Assembly: GCA_017883215.1 (NCBI GenBank)
Contig: JADGOA010000001.1
Span: forward strand, 1-38,705
DNA: 38,705 nt
Reading direction: 5' to 3'
Source of the DNA: Thermoanaerobaculia bacterium
GTDB lineage: Bacteria > Acidobacteriota > Thermoanaerobaculia > Gp7-AA8
Part shown: positions 1-8,386 of the stretch, piece after piece
Position numbering within the stretch: the stretch's first letter is position 1
Layout of the letters: each line of letters starts with the position of its first letter
Notes under the pieces: model-generated
What the model was told of the DNA's origin: nothing
The model's input: the letters and a program-made list of their open reading frames with translations, nothing else
Databases searched by the model: none
Program-made: the position numbers and the translations under genes

Positions 1-18
1 TTTCTGGTTTCTGGTTTC
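1..18 (+). repeat. Truncated heptad array TTCTGGT x2 plus TTCGG abutting the tRNA 5' end (window edge)
   Basis: T TTCTGGT TTCTGGT TTCG, followed by the tRNA from position 19. The partner arm, if any, lies outside the window. Confidence 0.5.
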
Positions 19-108
19 GGAGAGATGGCCGAGTGGCTTAAGGCGCACGCTTGGAAAGCGTGTGTACGTTAACCCGTACCGTGGGTTCGAATCCCACTCT
101 CTCCGCCA
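19..108 (+). tRNA. tRNA-Ser (anticodon GGA), class II with long variable arm, CCA encoded
   Basis: Cloverleaf is readable by eye. Acceptor GGAGAGA/TCTCTCC; anticodon stem CACGC/GCGTG around loop TTGGAAA; variable arm GTACG..CGTAC; T-arm GTGGG-TTCGAAT-CCCAC; discriminator G then CCA. Confidence 0.93.
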
Positions 109-186
109 CTCCGCCGGCAAGACCGCGGGAATCGAAAAACCTGGCGCGCGGGATTTTCGGCTCTCCATTTCTCATTTTCCGTGTCA

Positions 187-317
187 GGTCCGCTGGGATG
201 AGCCCGGGTCCTGTGCAGCAGGCGCACCGAACCTCGTCAGGTCCGGAAGGAAGCAGCGATAAGGTGCTTCACCTGCGTGACACAGTCAGGCCTGGGCTCT
301 TCCGAGCGGACCTTTTT
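187..317 (+). ncRNA. ffs: Signal recognition particle RNA, small bacterial (4.5S-type); boundaries approximate
   Basis: Conserved domain IV motif GTCAGGTCCGGAAGGAAGCAGC at 236-257 with GGAA tetraloop. Flanks pair as a rod (GGTCCGCT 187-194 with AGCGGACC 305-312; GAGCCC with GGGCTC). T5 tract at 313-317. Canonical position just upstream of dnaX. Confidence 0.88.
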
Positions 318-325
318 GTCAGCGT

Positions 326-407
326 GTGGCGAGTCGCGAGTGGCGAGCAGGGGAACGGCCCGACGGGCAACCTACTCGCTACTGGCTACTCGCTACTCGC
401 TATACTC
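326..407 (+). repeat. Heptad-arm hairpin element A (GCGAGTR / TACTSGC family)
   Basis: 5' arm GTGGCGA GTCGCGA GTGGCGA (326-346). Loop around 354-370. 3' arm TACTCGC TACTGGC TACTCGC TACTCGC TATACTC (373-407). Arms pair at 17 of 21 positions by eye. Confidence 0.85.
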
Positions 408-415
408 ACCCACCC

Positions 416-2044
416 ATGTCTTATCAGGCCCTCGCGCGGAAGTACCGGCCGCAGCGCTTCAGCGACATCATCGGTCAGGACACGATCGTCCGGACGCTCC
501 AGAACGCCATCGAGAGCGGGCGCATCCACCACGCCTATCTTTTCTCCGGCGTTCGCGGTGTAGGGAAGACCACCGGGGCGCGCATCCTGGCCAAGGCCCT
601 GAACTGCGTCCACGGACCGACCATCGAGCCGTGCAACGAGTGCACGGCCTGCGTCGAGATCACCGAGGGCATCGATCTGGACGTGCGTGAGATCGATGCC
701 GCGACGTATACCGGCGTCGACAACATCCGCGAGTTGCGCGAGGCCACGCAGTTCCAGCCTGCCCGCGACCGTTACCGCATCTTCATCGTCGACGAAGCGC
801 ACATGCTCTCCACGCCTGCGTGGAACGCGCTGCTGAAGATCCTGGAGGAGCCGCCTGCGCACGTCATTTTCATGTTTGCGACGACCGAGGTGCACAAGGT
901 GCCGCAGACGATCCTCTCCCGGGTGCAGAAGTTCGCGCTCCGGAAGATCACGCTCGACGAACTGATCGCGCGTCTCGACGACATCGCCGGCAAGGAAGGC
1001 ATTCAGACCGACCGCGTCTCGCTGGAGATCATCGCCCGCAGGGGCGAGGGAAGCGTCCGCGACGCGCTCTCGCTGCTCGATCAGGTGATCGCATTCAGCG
1101 GCCGTTCCATCACGGCAGCCGACGTGGCTACCGTCCTCGGCCTTTCGGAGACGATCTTTTTCGCGCGGATCGTGGCCCTGATGGCCGACGGCGACCACTC
1201 CGGCATCCTGGAAGCGCTCCAGGAAGCGGCGGACATGGGACGCGATTTCAAGATGCTGTACCGCGACCTGCTCGGCTTCGTCCGCAACCTGCTGCTGATC
1301 GCCGGCGGGGCGAACGAATCGATGCTGGCCGCTTCGCCGGAGGATCTCGTGACGATCCGCTCGGTCTCGGACAGCTTCTCGTACACCGAGATTCTGCGCA
1401 TCGCCAATCTGCTGCTGCGCGACGACGAGACGGTGAACCGAGCCGAGCATCAACGGCTTGCGGTCGAGATCGCGCTCCTGAAGGCGGCCACGTTTCCGCG
1501 GCTGCGGGCCGTGGAGGATGTTCTCTCCGGCAGCGCCACGCCGGAGCGGCCGGCGCCAGCGGCCCGCCGCAGCGCCCCACCTGCAGAGTCGGCACCTCGT
1601 CCGCCCGCCTCCCGCGCCGCTGCATCTCCCTCAGCGAGATCTCAGAGTGCGCCGGCTGCAACGAAGGCCGCCGCAGAAGCTCCTCATCCGGTTCCGGAGG
1701 GCGCCGCCGACGTTTCCGCACTGATCGCGCGCCTTCAGAAGGCCAAGCCTCTCATCGCGACGTATCTCAGCAACGCGATCAGCGTGCGCAGGCAAGGCGG
1801 CCGCATCGCCTGGACTTTCGACGACTCGTTCTACGCCGACGCCGTCTCCGACGCCCGCGCCACGATCGAGCCGATCGCATCGGAAGTCTTCGGTGAGCCC
1901 ATCACGATCGAAGCGACGGCCGGTTCGCCTGCGCCCGCGGCGCGGCGCGCCGAAGACAAGCCCTCCGCACTCCGTGACGATCCCCTCGTCCGCGCGTTCC
2001 AGAAGCACCTCGGCGGCGAGATCGTCGACTCGAAAAAGCGTTAA
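416..2044 (+). CDS. dnaX: DNA polymerase III subunit gamma/tau
   Basis: [22 protein letters not shown]-terminus, [15 protein letters not shown] Walker A, Cys cluster [29 protein letters not shown] Walker B, SRVQKF sensor, Pro/Ala-rich linker and C-terminal domain. The ORF track starts at GTG 326, but 326-407 is a repeat hairpin, so ATG 416 is preferred. Confidence 0.95.
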   Translation: MSYQALARKYRPQRFSDIIGQDTIVRTLQNAIESGRIHHAYLFSGVRGVGKTTGARILAKALNCVHGPTIEPCNECTACVEITEGIDLDVREIDAATYTGVDNIRELREATQFQPARDRYRIFIVDEAHMLSTPAWNALLKILEEPPAHVIFMFATTEVHKVPQTILSRVQKFALRKITLDELIARLDDIAGKEGIQTDRVSLEIIARRGEGSVRDALSLLDQVIAFSGRSITAADVATVLGLSETIFFARIVALMADGDHSGILEALQEAADMGRDFKMLYRDLLGFVRNLLLIAGGANESMLAASPEDLVTIRSVSDSFSYTEILRIANLLLRDDETVNRAEHQRLAVEIALLKAATFPRLRAVEDVLSGSATPERPAPAARRSAPPAESAPRPPASRAAASPSARSQSAPAATKAAAEAPHPVPEGAADVSALIARLQKAKPLIATYLSNAISVRRQGGRIAWTFDDSFYADAVSDARATIEPIASEVFGEPITIEATAGSPAPAARRAEDKPSALRDDPLVRAFQKHLGGEIVDSKKR

Positions 2045-2055
2045 GGAGACTCCAC

Positions 2056-2355
2056 ATGAATCCCAAACAGCTGATGAAACAGGTTCAGCAGATGCAGGCC
2101 CAGATGCAGCAGCGCATGGCCGAGCTGCGCGTCGAAGGAAGCGCCGGCGGCGGAATGGTGAAAGCGACCATGAACGGATCGAAGGATCTGCTGGCCGTTG
2201 TCATCGACAAGGAAGCCGTCGATCCGAACGACGTGGAGATGCTCCAGGATCTCGTCGTCGCCGCAGTGAACGAAGCCGCCCGAAAAGTCGACGAGGAAAT
2301 GCAGGGCCAGCTCGGCGCCATGACCGGCGGCATGAATATTCCGGGCCTCTTTTGA
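2056..2355 (+). CDS. ybaB: YbaB/EbfC family nucleoid-associated protein
   Basis: 99 aa with Q/M-rich N-terminus and the [35 protein letters not shown] pattern typical of YbaB. AAGGAG RBS at 2043-2048. Lies between dnaX and recR. Confidence 0.93.
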   Translation: MNPKQLMKQVQQMQAQMQQRMAELRVEGSAGGGMVKATMNGSKDLLAVVIDKEAVDPNDVEMLQDLVVAAVNEAARKVDEEMQGQLGAMTGGMNIPGLF

Positions 2356-2356
2356 C

Positions 2357-2421
2357 GAGCGAGTGGCAAGTAGGGAAACCGGCGTTCTCTCCTACTCGCT
2401 ACTCGCTACTCGCTACTCGCT
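2357..2421 (+). repeat. Heptad-arm hairpin element B (same family as A)
   Basis: 5' arm GAGCGAGTGGCAAGTAGGGA (2357-2376). 3' arm TCTCC followed by TACTCGC x4 (2388-2421). 16 Watson-Crick pairs plus 2 G-U out of 20 in the inner register. Confidence 0.88.
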
Positions 2422-2426
2422 GAAAA

Positions 2427-3023
2427 ATGACAGCTCCTCCCTTAGCGAATCTCATCAACGAGCTCACCAAGCTGCCGGGTGTCGGCGGCAAGTCAGCGTC
2501 ACGTCTGGCGTACTGGATCCTGAAGCGTTCACCTGGAGAGGCGGAAGCGCTTGCTGCTGCCATCCTCGACGTGAAGCAGAAGATCTTCCGCTGCTCGATC
2601 TGCAACAACATGACGGACGTGGAACCGTGCGCGATCTGCACCGATTCGCGCCGCGATCCGACCGTCGTTTGCGTGGTGGAGGAAGCCTTCAACATCGCCA
2701 CGATCGAACAGACGCGCGAGTTCAAGGGGATGTTCCATGTCCTGCTCGGCGCGCTGTCGCCGCTGAAAGGGATCGGACCGCAGGATATCGACGTGGCCGG
2801 GCTCGTGAAGCGCGTCCAGGGGGGCTCGGTGCGCGAGGTGATCATCGCGACCAACCCGAACGTGGAAGGGGAGGCCACTGCGCTGTATATCGCGCAGCAA
2901 CTGCGGCCGATCGGCGTCAAGGCGACACGGCTCGCCTTCGGGCTGCCCGTGGGCGGCGATCTCGAATACGCAGACCAGGTGACGATGGCCAAAGCGCTCG
3001 AGGGTCGAAGAGAGATCGGGTAA
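2427..3023 (+). CDS. recR: Recombination protein RecR
   Basis: [20 protein letters not shown] helix-hairpin-helix, C4 zinc finger [16 protein letters not shown], Toprim region VCVVEE...[17 protein letters not shown]. Confidence 0.96.
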   Translation: MTAPPLANLINELTKLPGVGGKSASRLAYWILKRSPGEAEALAAAILDVKQKIFRCSICNNMTDVEPCAICTDSRRDPTVVCVVEEAFNIATIEQTREFKGMFHVLLGALSPLKGIGPQDIDVAGLVKRVQGGSVREVIIATNPNVEGEATALYIAQQLRPIGVKATRLAFGLPVGGDLEYADQVTMAKALEGRREIG

Positions 3024-3024
3024 T

Positions 3025-3093
3025 GGGCAGTGCGCAGCAGGCAGTGGGCGGTGCGCAGGGGAAGACCGTTCCACTGCGCACTGCCCACTGCCC
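3025..3093 (+). repeat. Heptad-arm hairpin element C (GGGCAGT/GCGCAGY family)
   Basis: 5' arm GGGCAGT GCGCAGC AGGCAGT GGGCGGT GCGCAGG. Loop AAGACCGTT. 3' arm CCACTGC GCACTGC CCACTGC CC. Positions 3039-3061 pair with 3071-3093 at 20 of 23. Confidence 0.88.
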
Positions 3094-3121
3094 GTCGCGC
3101 TAGGTTCCTAAGTGTTTCCTG

Positions 3122-3130
3122 TGCTATACA
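3122..3130 (+). promoter_or_regulatory. Candidate extended -10 element TGcTATACA upstream of mglB
   Basis: TG at 3122-3123 and TATACA at 3125-3130, 35 nt upstream of ATG 3165. No convincing -35. Confidence 0.3.
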
Positions 3131-3164
3131 TTGCCGTCCGTTCCACGGGTACTGGTGACATCGA

Positions 3165-3665
3165 ATGGCCTCTCCTGATCTCGTGATGTACGAGGAGGAG
3201 TACCAGCAGATCAAGGACACGCTTCATCGTCTGCAGGTCGACTCCAACTCGAAAATCGTCTTTCTGGTCGACAAAAACGGCCAGCAGATCGCCTCAATGG
3301 GCGACATGCAGGGCGTCGACGCGACCTCCCTCGCCTCGCTGACGGCGGGGAACGTCGCCGCGACCGACGGACTTGCCAAACTCATCGGCGAAAAAGAGTT
3401 CTCCATCCTTTTTCACGAAGGGGAGAAGGACAACATCCACATCTCGCTGGTCGCCCAGCGAGTGATCCTCGTCGTCATCTTCGACGAGCGATCGTCACTC
3501 GGGTTGGTGCGGCTGCGGGTCAAGAAGGCCTCGGTTGAGCTCGAGCGGACATTTGAGGTGCTGCTGAAGAAGGCCGAAGCGGACCGGGGCAGTCTGGCAA
3601 ATCGCTTCGACTCGCCGTTCGCTGAGATCACAGACGAGGACATCGACAGCCTCTTCAGCGAATAG
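3165..3665 (+). CDS. mglB: Roadblock/LC7-domain protein, MglB-like GTPase-activating partner of MglA
   Basis: 166 aa with a Roadblock-like core ([13 protein letters not shown]...[19 protein letters not shown]...[15 protein letters not shown]) and an acidic C-terminal tail. Ends 5 nt upstream of mglA. Confidence 0.8.
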   Translation: MASPDLVMYEEEYQQIKDTLHRLQVDSNSKIVFLVDKNGQQIASMGDMQGVDATSLASLTAGNVAATDGLAKLIGEKEFSILFHEGEKDNIHISLVAQRVILVVIFDERSSLGLVRLRVKKASVELERTFEVLLKKAEADRGSLANRFDSPFAEITDEDIDSLFSE

Positions 3666-3670
3666 ACGCA

Positions 3671-4255
3671 ATGACCTTCATCAACTACGCCGCGCGGGAG
3701 ATCAACTGCAAGATCGTCTACTACGGCCCCGGCCTGTGCGGTAAGACGACCAACCTGCAGTGGATCTACGACAAGACCAATCCCCAGGCGAAGGGGAAGC
3801 TGATCTCGCTCGCCACGGAAACCGATCGTACGCTGTTCTTCGACTTTCTTCCCCTCGACCTCGGTACGGTCCGCGGATTCAAGACCCGCTTTCACCTCTA
3901 CACCGTCCCCGGCCAGGTGTTCTACGACGCCTCGCGCAAGCTGATCCTGAAGGGCGTCGACGGCATGGTGTTCGTCGCCGACTCGCAGGAAGCACGCATG
4001 GAAGCGAACGTGGAGTCGATCCAGAACCTCGACAGAAACCTCAAAGAACAGGGCTACGACCTTCAGACCGTGCCGTATGTCCTGCAGTTCAACAAGCGCG
4101 ATCTGCCGACGGCGCTGGCGATGGACGAGATGTATCGGCAGCTCAATTTCAAAGGGGAGCCAACCTTCGAAGCGGTGGCCATGAGCGGGACCGGCGTCTT
4201 CGACACGCTCAAGGCGATCGCCAAGCTCGTGTTGCTCGAGCTGAAAAAGAAGTGA
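3671..4255 (+). CDS. mglA: Ras-like small GTPase MglA
   Basis: Very close to my recollection of Myxococcus MglA: [42 protein letters not shown], the MglA-type [10 protein letters not shown] switch II, and NKRD. Confidence 0.95.
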   Translation: MTFINYAAREINCKIVYYGPGLCGKTTNLQWIYDKTNPQAKGKLISLATETDRTLFFDFLPLDLGTVRGFKTRFHLYTVPGQVFYDASRKLILKGVDGMVFVADSQEARMEANVESIQNLDRNLKEQGYDLQTVPYVLQFNKRDLPTALAMDEMYRQLNFKGEPTFEAVAMSGTGVFDTLKAIAKLVLLELKKK

Positions 4256-4400
4256 TCTCGCGACCGGCGATGCTCGCCCGCCGCATGATCGAGTACTGAG
4301 CGGAGCAGGAGCCGCTGACCGGCGTCCGCGCGCATGGCCAGAGAGCCGACGCGCTGAGCCGTTCCTGTTTGCGACCACTCCGACGATAGAATCGCCCCAA

Positions 4401-5444
4401 ATGCGTCAGGGTTTGAACATCGTCGCCATCGGCGGCGGCACCGGATTGTCGACCCTTCTCCGCGGATTGAAGACGTACGTCGGCGCGGAAGGGGCGTGGT
4501 CGATCGCACGGCTTGCTGCGATCGTCACAGTCACCGACGAGGGCGGATCCTCCGGTGTGCTGCGGCGGCAGTTCGGGATGCTCCCGCCTGGAGACGTCCG
4601 CAACTGCATCGTCGCTCTCGCCGAAGAAGAGCATTTGCTGTCACAGGTATTCAACTACCGCTTCGCCGAGGAGTCGGAGTTCAAAGGGCATTCGCTGGGC
4701 AATCTCCTGCTGATGGCCATGACGGAGATCACCGGCAGCTTCGAGGACGCGGTACTGGCGGCCTCGGAAGTCCTGAACATCCGCGGCGAGATCTTTCCCT
4801 CGACACTGCAGGATGTGCGGCTCCGCGCGACGCTGGAGGACGGCACGGTTCTGATCGGCGAGGTTGCGATCAGCGGCTCTTTCCTCGGAGAAAAAGCGAG
4901 CACCAAACCGCGGCATGCACGCATCGCCACCGTCGCCATCGATCCACCTGACGCGGCCCCGGTTCAGCGGGCCCTCGATGCGCTCGCTGCAGCGGACCTC
5001 ATCATCATCGGGCCGGGCTCGCTCTACACTTCCATCCTGCCGAACCTCGCCATCCGTCCGCTCGCCGAGGCGCTGCGGAACTCGCGGGCGTTGCGCGTCT
5101 ACGTCTGCAACGTCATGACACAACCCGGCGAGACCGACAATTACGCGGCGCAGGACCACCTCAACGCCATCGTGGAGCACGCCGGTCTCGTCGTCGACGT
5201 CATGGTCATGAACGGGCGCAGGCCATCCGATGCGATCGTCGCGGCATACGCGGTCGAAAACCAGCATCCCGTCGAATTCGACGCTGCGAAAGTGCACGAG
5301 CTCGGCGTCACGCCTTTCTTCGGCGACGTCATCGCAGAGGGGAATTACGTGCGTCACGATTCGCCGGCGCTGGCAGATACGATCTTCCGGCTCTACGACC
5401 GCTACGGCCGCGCCAGAGAAAGGATGCGGCGAAGCGAAGGATGA
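4401..5444 (+). CDS. yvcK: YvcK/CofD-family (UPF0052) gluconeogenesis factor-like protein
   Basis: IVAIGGGTGLSTLLRGLK N-terminal motif, VTVTDEGGSSG, GHSLGNLLL and IIIGPGSLYTSILPNL are typical of the YvcK/CofD family. Confidence 0.85.
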   Translation: MRQGLNIVAIGGGTGLSTLLRGLKTYVGAEGAWSIARLAAIVTVTDEGGSSGVLRRQFGMLPPGDVRNCIVALAEEEHLLSQVFNYRFAEESEFKGHSLGNLLLMAMTEITGSFEDAVLAASEVLNIRGEIFPSTLQDVRLRATLEDGTVLIGEVAISGSFLGEKASTKPRHARIATVAIDPPDAAPVQRALDALAAADLIIIGPGSLYTSILPNLAIRPLAEALRNSRALRVYVCNVMTQPGETDNYAAQDHLNAIVEHAGLVVDVMVMNGRRPSDAIVAAYAVENQHPVEFDAAKVHELGVTPFFGDVIAEGNYVRHDSPALADTIFRLYDRYGRARERMRRSEG

Positions 5445-5451
5445 GCCATTG

Positions 5452-5493
5452 GGCATGACGCCTGACGCAGTCACGGCGCTCAGGAGTCATGCC
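5452..5493 (+). repeat. Hairpin element K (NNNNTGA heptads)
   Basis: GGCATGA CGCCTGA CGCAGTC / ACGGCGC TCAGGAG TCATGCC. Stems of 8, 5 and 3 bp with small bulges. Confidence 0.7.
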
Positions 5494-5519
5494 TGATCCC
5501 TCATCCCGGGAGCTCACAT

Positions 5520-6920
5520 ATGAACGAGAACCTCGAAGTCATCATCCTCGCGGCCGGTCTGGGCACGCGAATGAAGTCGGCCACCATCAAGATTCTTCAT
5601 CACGCCGCCGGCCGCCCCATCATCGATTACGTTCTCGACCTCGCGGCAGAAGTGTCCGGCCGCAATCCCATCGTCGTGGTCGGGCATCAACGCGAAGCCG
5701 TTCAGCAGGCCATCGGCGACCGAGCGCGGTTCGCCGTTCAGGAGCAGCAACTCGGAACCGGGCACGCCGTCATGCAGGCGGCGCAGCTCCTGGAGAGCGA
5801 ACACACTCCTGGCGGCACGGTCCTGATCCTCTCCGGCGATGTGCCGCTCACGCGCAGAGAAACGCTGCAGTCGCTCGTCGAGCAGCACCGGCGTGAGGCG
5901 AACGCGCTGACACTGCTGAGCATGAAACTCGATCAGCCGGCCATGTACGGCCGGATCGTGCGCGACGCCGACGGCACCGTGATGCGCATCGTGGAAGCGA
6001 AAGATGCCAGCGACGCGGAGAAGGCCATCCAGGAAGTGAACGCCGGGATCTACGTCTTCGACAGCGCGGACCTGCTGGCGAATCTCCGTCAGCTGTCGAC
6101 CGACAACACTCAAGGCGAGTATTACCTGACCGACCTGATCGGCATGATTCGCAACGCCGGCAAGCGCGTCGGGGCGGTCGTGGCCGCAGATCCGGTGGAA
6201 GCGCTGGGCGTGAATTCGCGAGGCGAGCTGGCGATCGTCGAAGCCGAAATTCAGAAGCGGGTCGTGCAGAAGCTCATGACCGAAGGAGTGACGTTCCGCA
6301 ATCCGACGACCGTGGTCGTCGACTCGACCGTGAGCATCGGCGCGGACTCGGTGGTCTATCCGTTCGTCACGATCGAGGGGACGACGCGCATCGGCGAGCG
6401 TTGCGTCATCGAGCCCGGCGCGCACCTGATCAACGTGACCATCGGCAACGACGTCCACGTGAAGACCGGCACGGTAGCCGAGGAGAGCACGATTGCCGAT
6501 TCGTCGGTGGTCGGGCCGTACGCCCATCTCCGCCCCGGCACGAAGCTCGGCGAGCACGTGAAGGTCGGCAACTTCGTGGAGACCAAGAAGGCCGTGTTCG
6601 GCGCCGGCGCGAAAGCGTCGCACCTCTCGTACATCGGCGACGCTGAGATCGGTGCGGACGTGAACATCGGTGCGGGAACCATCACCTGCAACTACGACGG
6701 CGTCAACAAGCACAAGACGGTGCTCGAGGACGGCGTGTTCATCGGCTCGGATACGCAACTGGTGGCGCCCGTCAGGATCGGCCGCGGCGCCTATGTCGGC
6801 GCGGGATCGACGATCACCATGGACGTGCCGGCGGATGCTCTCGCCCTCTCGCGCGTTCCCCAGAAGATCGTCGAGGGCTGGGCAACGCGCCGCCGTGAAA
6901 AGCTGAAGAAGCCGAAATAG
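5520..6920 (+). CDS. glmU: Bifunctional UDP-N-acetylglucosamine pyrophosphorylase / glucosamine-1-phosphate N-acetyltransferase
   Basis: ILAAGLGTRMKS nucleotidyltransferase motif, LILSGDVPL, YYLTD, then a long left-handed beta-helix of hexapeptide repeats ending CNYDGVNKHKT. Confidence 0.95.
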   Translation: MNENLEVIILAAGLGTRMKSATIKILHHAAGRPIIDYVLDLAAEVSGRNPIVVVGHQREAVQQAIGDRARFAVQEQQLGTGHAVMQAAQLLESEHTPGGTVLILSGDVPLTRRETLQSLVEQHRREANALTLLSMKLDQPAMYGRIVRDADGTVMRIVEAKDASDAEKAIQEVNAGIYVFDSADLLANLRQLSTDNTQGEYYLTDLIGMIRNAGKRVGAVVAADPVEALGVNSRGELAIVEAEIQKRVVQKLMTEGVTFRNPTTVVVDSTVSIGADSVVYPFVTIEGTTRIGERCVIEPGAHLINVTIGNDVHVKTGTVAEESTIADSSVVGPYAHLRPGTKLGEHVKVGNFVETKKAVFGAGAKASHLSYIGDAEIGADVNIGAGTITCNYDGVNKHKTVLEDGVFIGSDTQLVAPVRIGRGAYVGAGSTITMDVPADALALSRVPQKIVEGWATRRREKLKKPK

Positions 6921-7005
6921 CGCCATTTGCCCGCTATGTCGGCTGCTGAAAGACCTGCAGGACGCGCTGCTGCGCTTCGCTGCGTTCACGTCCGCTTGCA
7001 GCCGC

Positions 7006-8370
7006 CTAACGATCGGCGCTCAGGGCTTCGGCCCTGGCGGGCGGGAGAAGCTCCGCCGCCGATCCGCGGATCAGGTCGACCCGCATCCGACCGAAATCGA
7101 TGATGACCCGGAAGTTCTTCAAGAAATTTTCGCCGATGATCCCGGCGGCGTTTTCGTGCTCACCCGACGCGTACATCGGCAGCGACCGAAACGTGCCCGC
7201 CCATGGATGGATGCCGATCTCCAGGTTGTCGATTCTCGCACCGCGTTTCTGTGAGCCGCCGAGTCCCTGCAGCAGCGCCGAGTGAATACGCGGCGTGATC
7301 TGATCGATCGGCAGATTCATCAGCTGTCTCTCGTTCAGGAACGTGATCTCGGATCCGGTGTCGAGCACGAACAGGAACCAGCCCCGGCGATTGATCGTCC
7401 CGCGGATGAATGGTCGGAAGCTCTGCGTGAACAGGTTCTGATCGGGTGCGGGTCTGCGATCGCGGGCCGTGAGGGGCGTGAACGTCACGACGTTGCGGCG
7501 GAAATCGAGATCGGTTCGAAACTCCTTCAGAAAATTGGCGCCGAGGAGGAAGTCGATCTTGAACTCCCGCCGTCCGTTCATCACAAAGCGCATCTTGTCG
7601 TCGGGCATGATCGCCACGGGCACGTTCTCCACGACGATGTCGCCGAGGGTGAGCGAGTCCAGCATTCCGAACTGCACCGTGATCGGCTCGCCGAGAAGCC
7701 CGTAAAACGTCCCCTGGATGTCGCCCAGCCGCCGGATTCCGAGATCGTCGGCCAGTCTCCGCGACGCGATCGAGAGCACCGCACCGGAGTCGATGACGGC
7801 GTTCACCGTCTTCCTCCCGTTCACCCTGACGTCGATTCGCGGAACGTCGGGTCTGGAGCACTTCATGGCGATCTCAGAGGAGGACAAACCCGAGAACTTG
7901 TACACCTGAGACGTCGCCAGCGCCGCCAGATAATCGAGGTGCCACTGCTTCACGCCCATCCCGTGCGAGTTCGCCGCCTCGGCCCAGTCGAGGCTGGACG
8001 CATAGTTGTTCGAGAGATATTCGAGCTCGGAGAGCGACCACTCGAGGCGGGCCAGGGAATCCCGTGTGGGATTGAGTTCCAGCGCCGCGCGCAGGTGCCG
8101 GCGCGCCGCATCGTAGCGCGCCGTGGCCAGCTCGGCGTTACCCAGTGCCGCCAGCTCCTGAGCAGACTTGCGGCTTCGCCCCTCCACCACCGGCGTGAAC
8201 TCGATGGCCCGGAGGTAATCGGATTTCTTGATCATCGACTGCAGGTCCGACCCGCGATCGATCTGTAGAGGGTTGAGGAGGAGCGGTGCGATTGAGACGT
8301 CGGAATAGAGCGAACATCCCGCCAGCAGCACCAGCAGGAGAACCCGGGCGGCCATGCGAACGACAGTCAT
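7006..8370 (-). CDS. Lipoprotein with TPR-like N-terminal region and two retropepsin-like aspartic protease domains
   Basis: Signal peptide and lipobox LLLVLLAGCS. Two D(S/T)G catalytic-type motifs in retropepsin-like context (AVIDSGAVLSI and FVLDTGSEITF). An alternative ATG lies at 8355. Confidence 0.6.
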   Translation of the reverse strand: MTVVRMAARVLLLVLLAGCSLYSDVSIAPLLLNPLQIDRGSDLQSMIKKSDYLRAIEFTPVVEGRSRKSAQELAALGNAELATARYDAARRHLRAALELNPTRDSLARLEWSLSELEYLSNNYASSLDWAEAANSHGMGVKQWHLDYLAALATSQVYKFSGLSSSEIAMKCSRPDVPRIDVRVNGRKTVNAVIDSGAVLSIASRRLADDLGIRRLGDIQGTFYGLLGEPITVQFGMLDSLTLGDIVVENVPVAIMPDDKMRFVMNGRREFKIDFLLGANFLKEFRTDLDFRRNVVTFTPLTARDRRPAPDQNLFTQSFRPFIRGTINRRGWFLFVLDTGSEITFLNERQLMNLPIDQITPRIHSALLQGLGGSQKRGARIDNLEIGIHPWAGTFRSLPMYASGEHENAAGIIGENFLKNFRVIIDFGRMRVDLIRGSAAELLPPARAEALSADR

Positions 8371-8386
8371 GCCTCTTGAATGTTAC

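Noticed and set aside
326-415. N-terminal extensions in the ORF track: dnaX from GTG 326; 22346-22498; 2363-3103.
   Set aside because: These stretches translate the heptad repeat elements (peptides such as LLATRYSL and GSAQQAVGGAQ). Conserved protein N-termini begin at downstream ATGs.
19-420. tRNA-Ser as an integration site for a genomic island.
   Set aside because: No integrase, no direct repeat of the tRNA 3' end, and the downstream genes are the conserved ffs-dnaX-ybaB-recR core.
386-1453. Long antisense ORF (355 aa) opposite dnaX. Similar mirror ORFs occur at 5514-6989, 24606-26135, 29279-30919, 32016-34709, 36947-37993 and many smaller ones.
   Set aside because: Each lies opposite a gene with unmistakable family motifs. 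Their translations are Arg/Ala/Gly/Pro/His-rich without any recognisable motif. Long stop-free antisense frames are expected in GC-rich DNA.
416-2044. Programmed frameshift or slippery site in dnaX (gamma/tau production).
   Set aside because: I found no A-run or A-AAA-AAG-like heptamer in the region encoding the linker after domain III. Nothing supports it in this sequence.
2388-2421. Possibility that the tandem heptads are a CRISPR array or a minisatellite.
   Set aside because: The units are only 7 nt with no spacers, and the arrays are 2-5 units long and always paired with an inverted partner. No cas genes are present.
6921-7005. Possible bidirectional terminator between the convergent glmU and protease genes.
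   Set aside because: Only weak, bulged pairing (GGACG/CGTCC plus a few bp) and CTGC-rich direct repeats. Not convincing enough to annotate.
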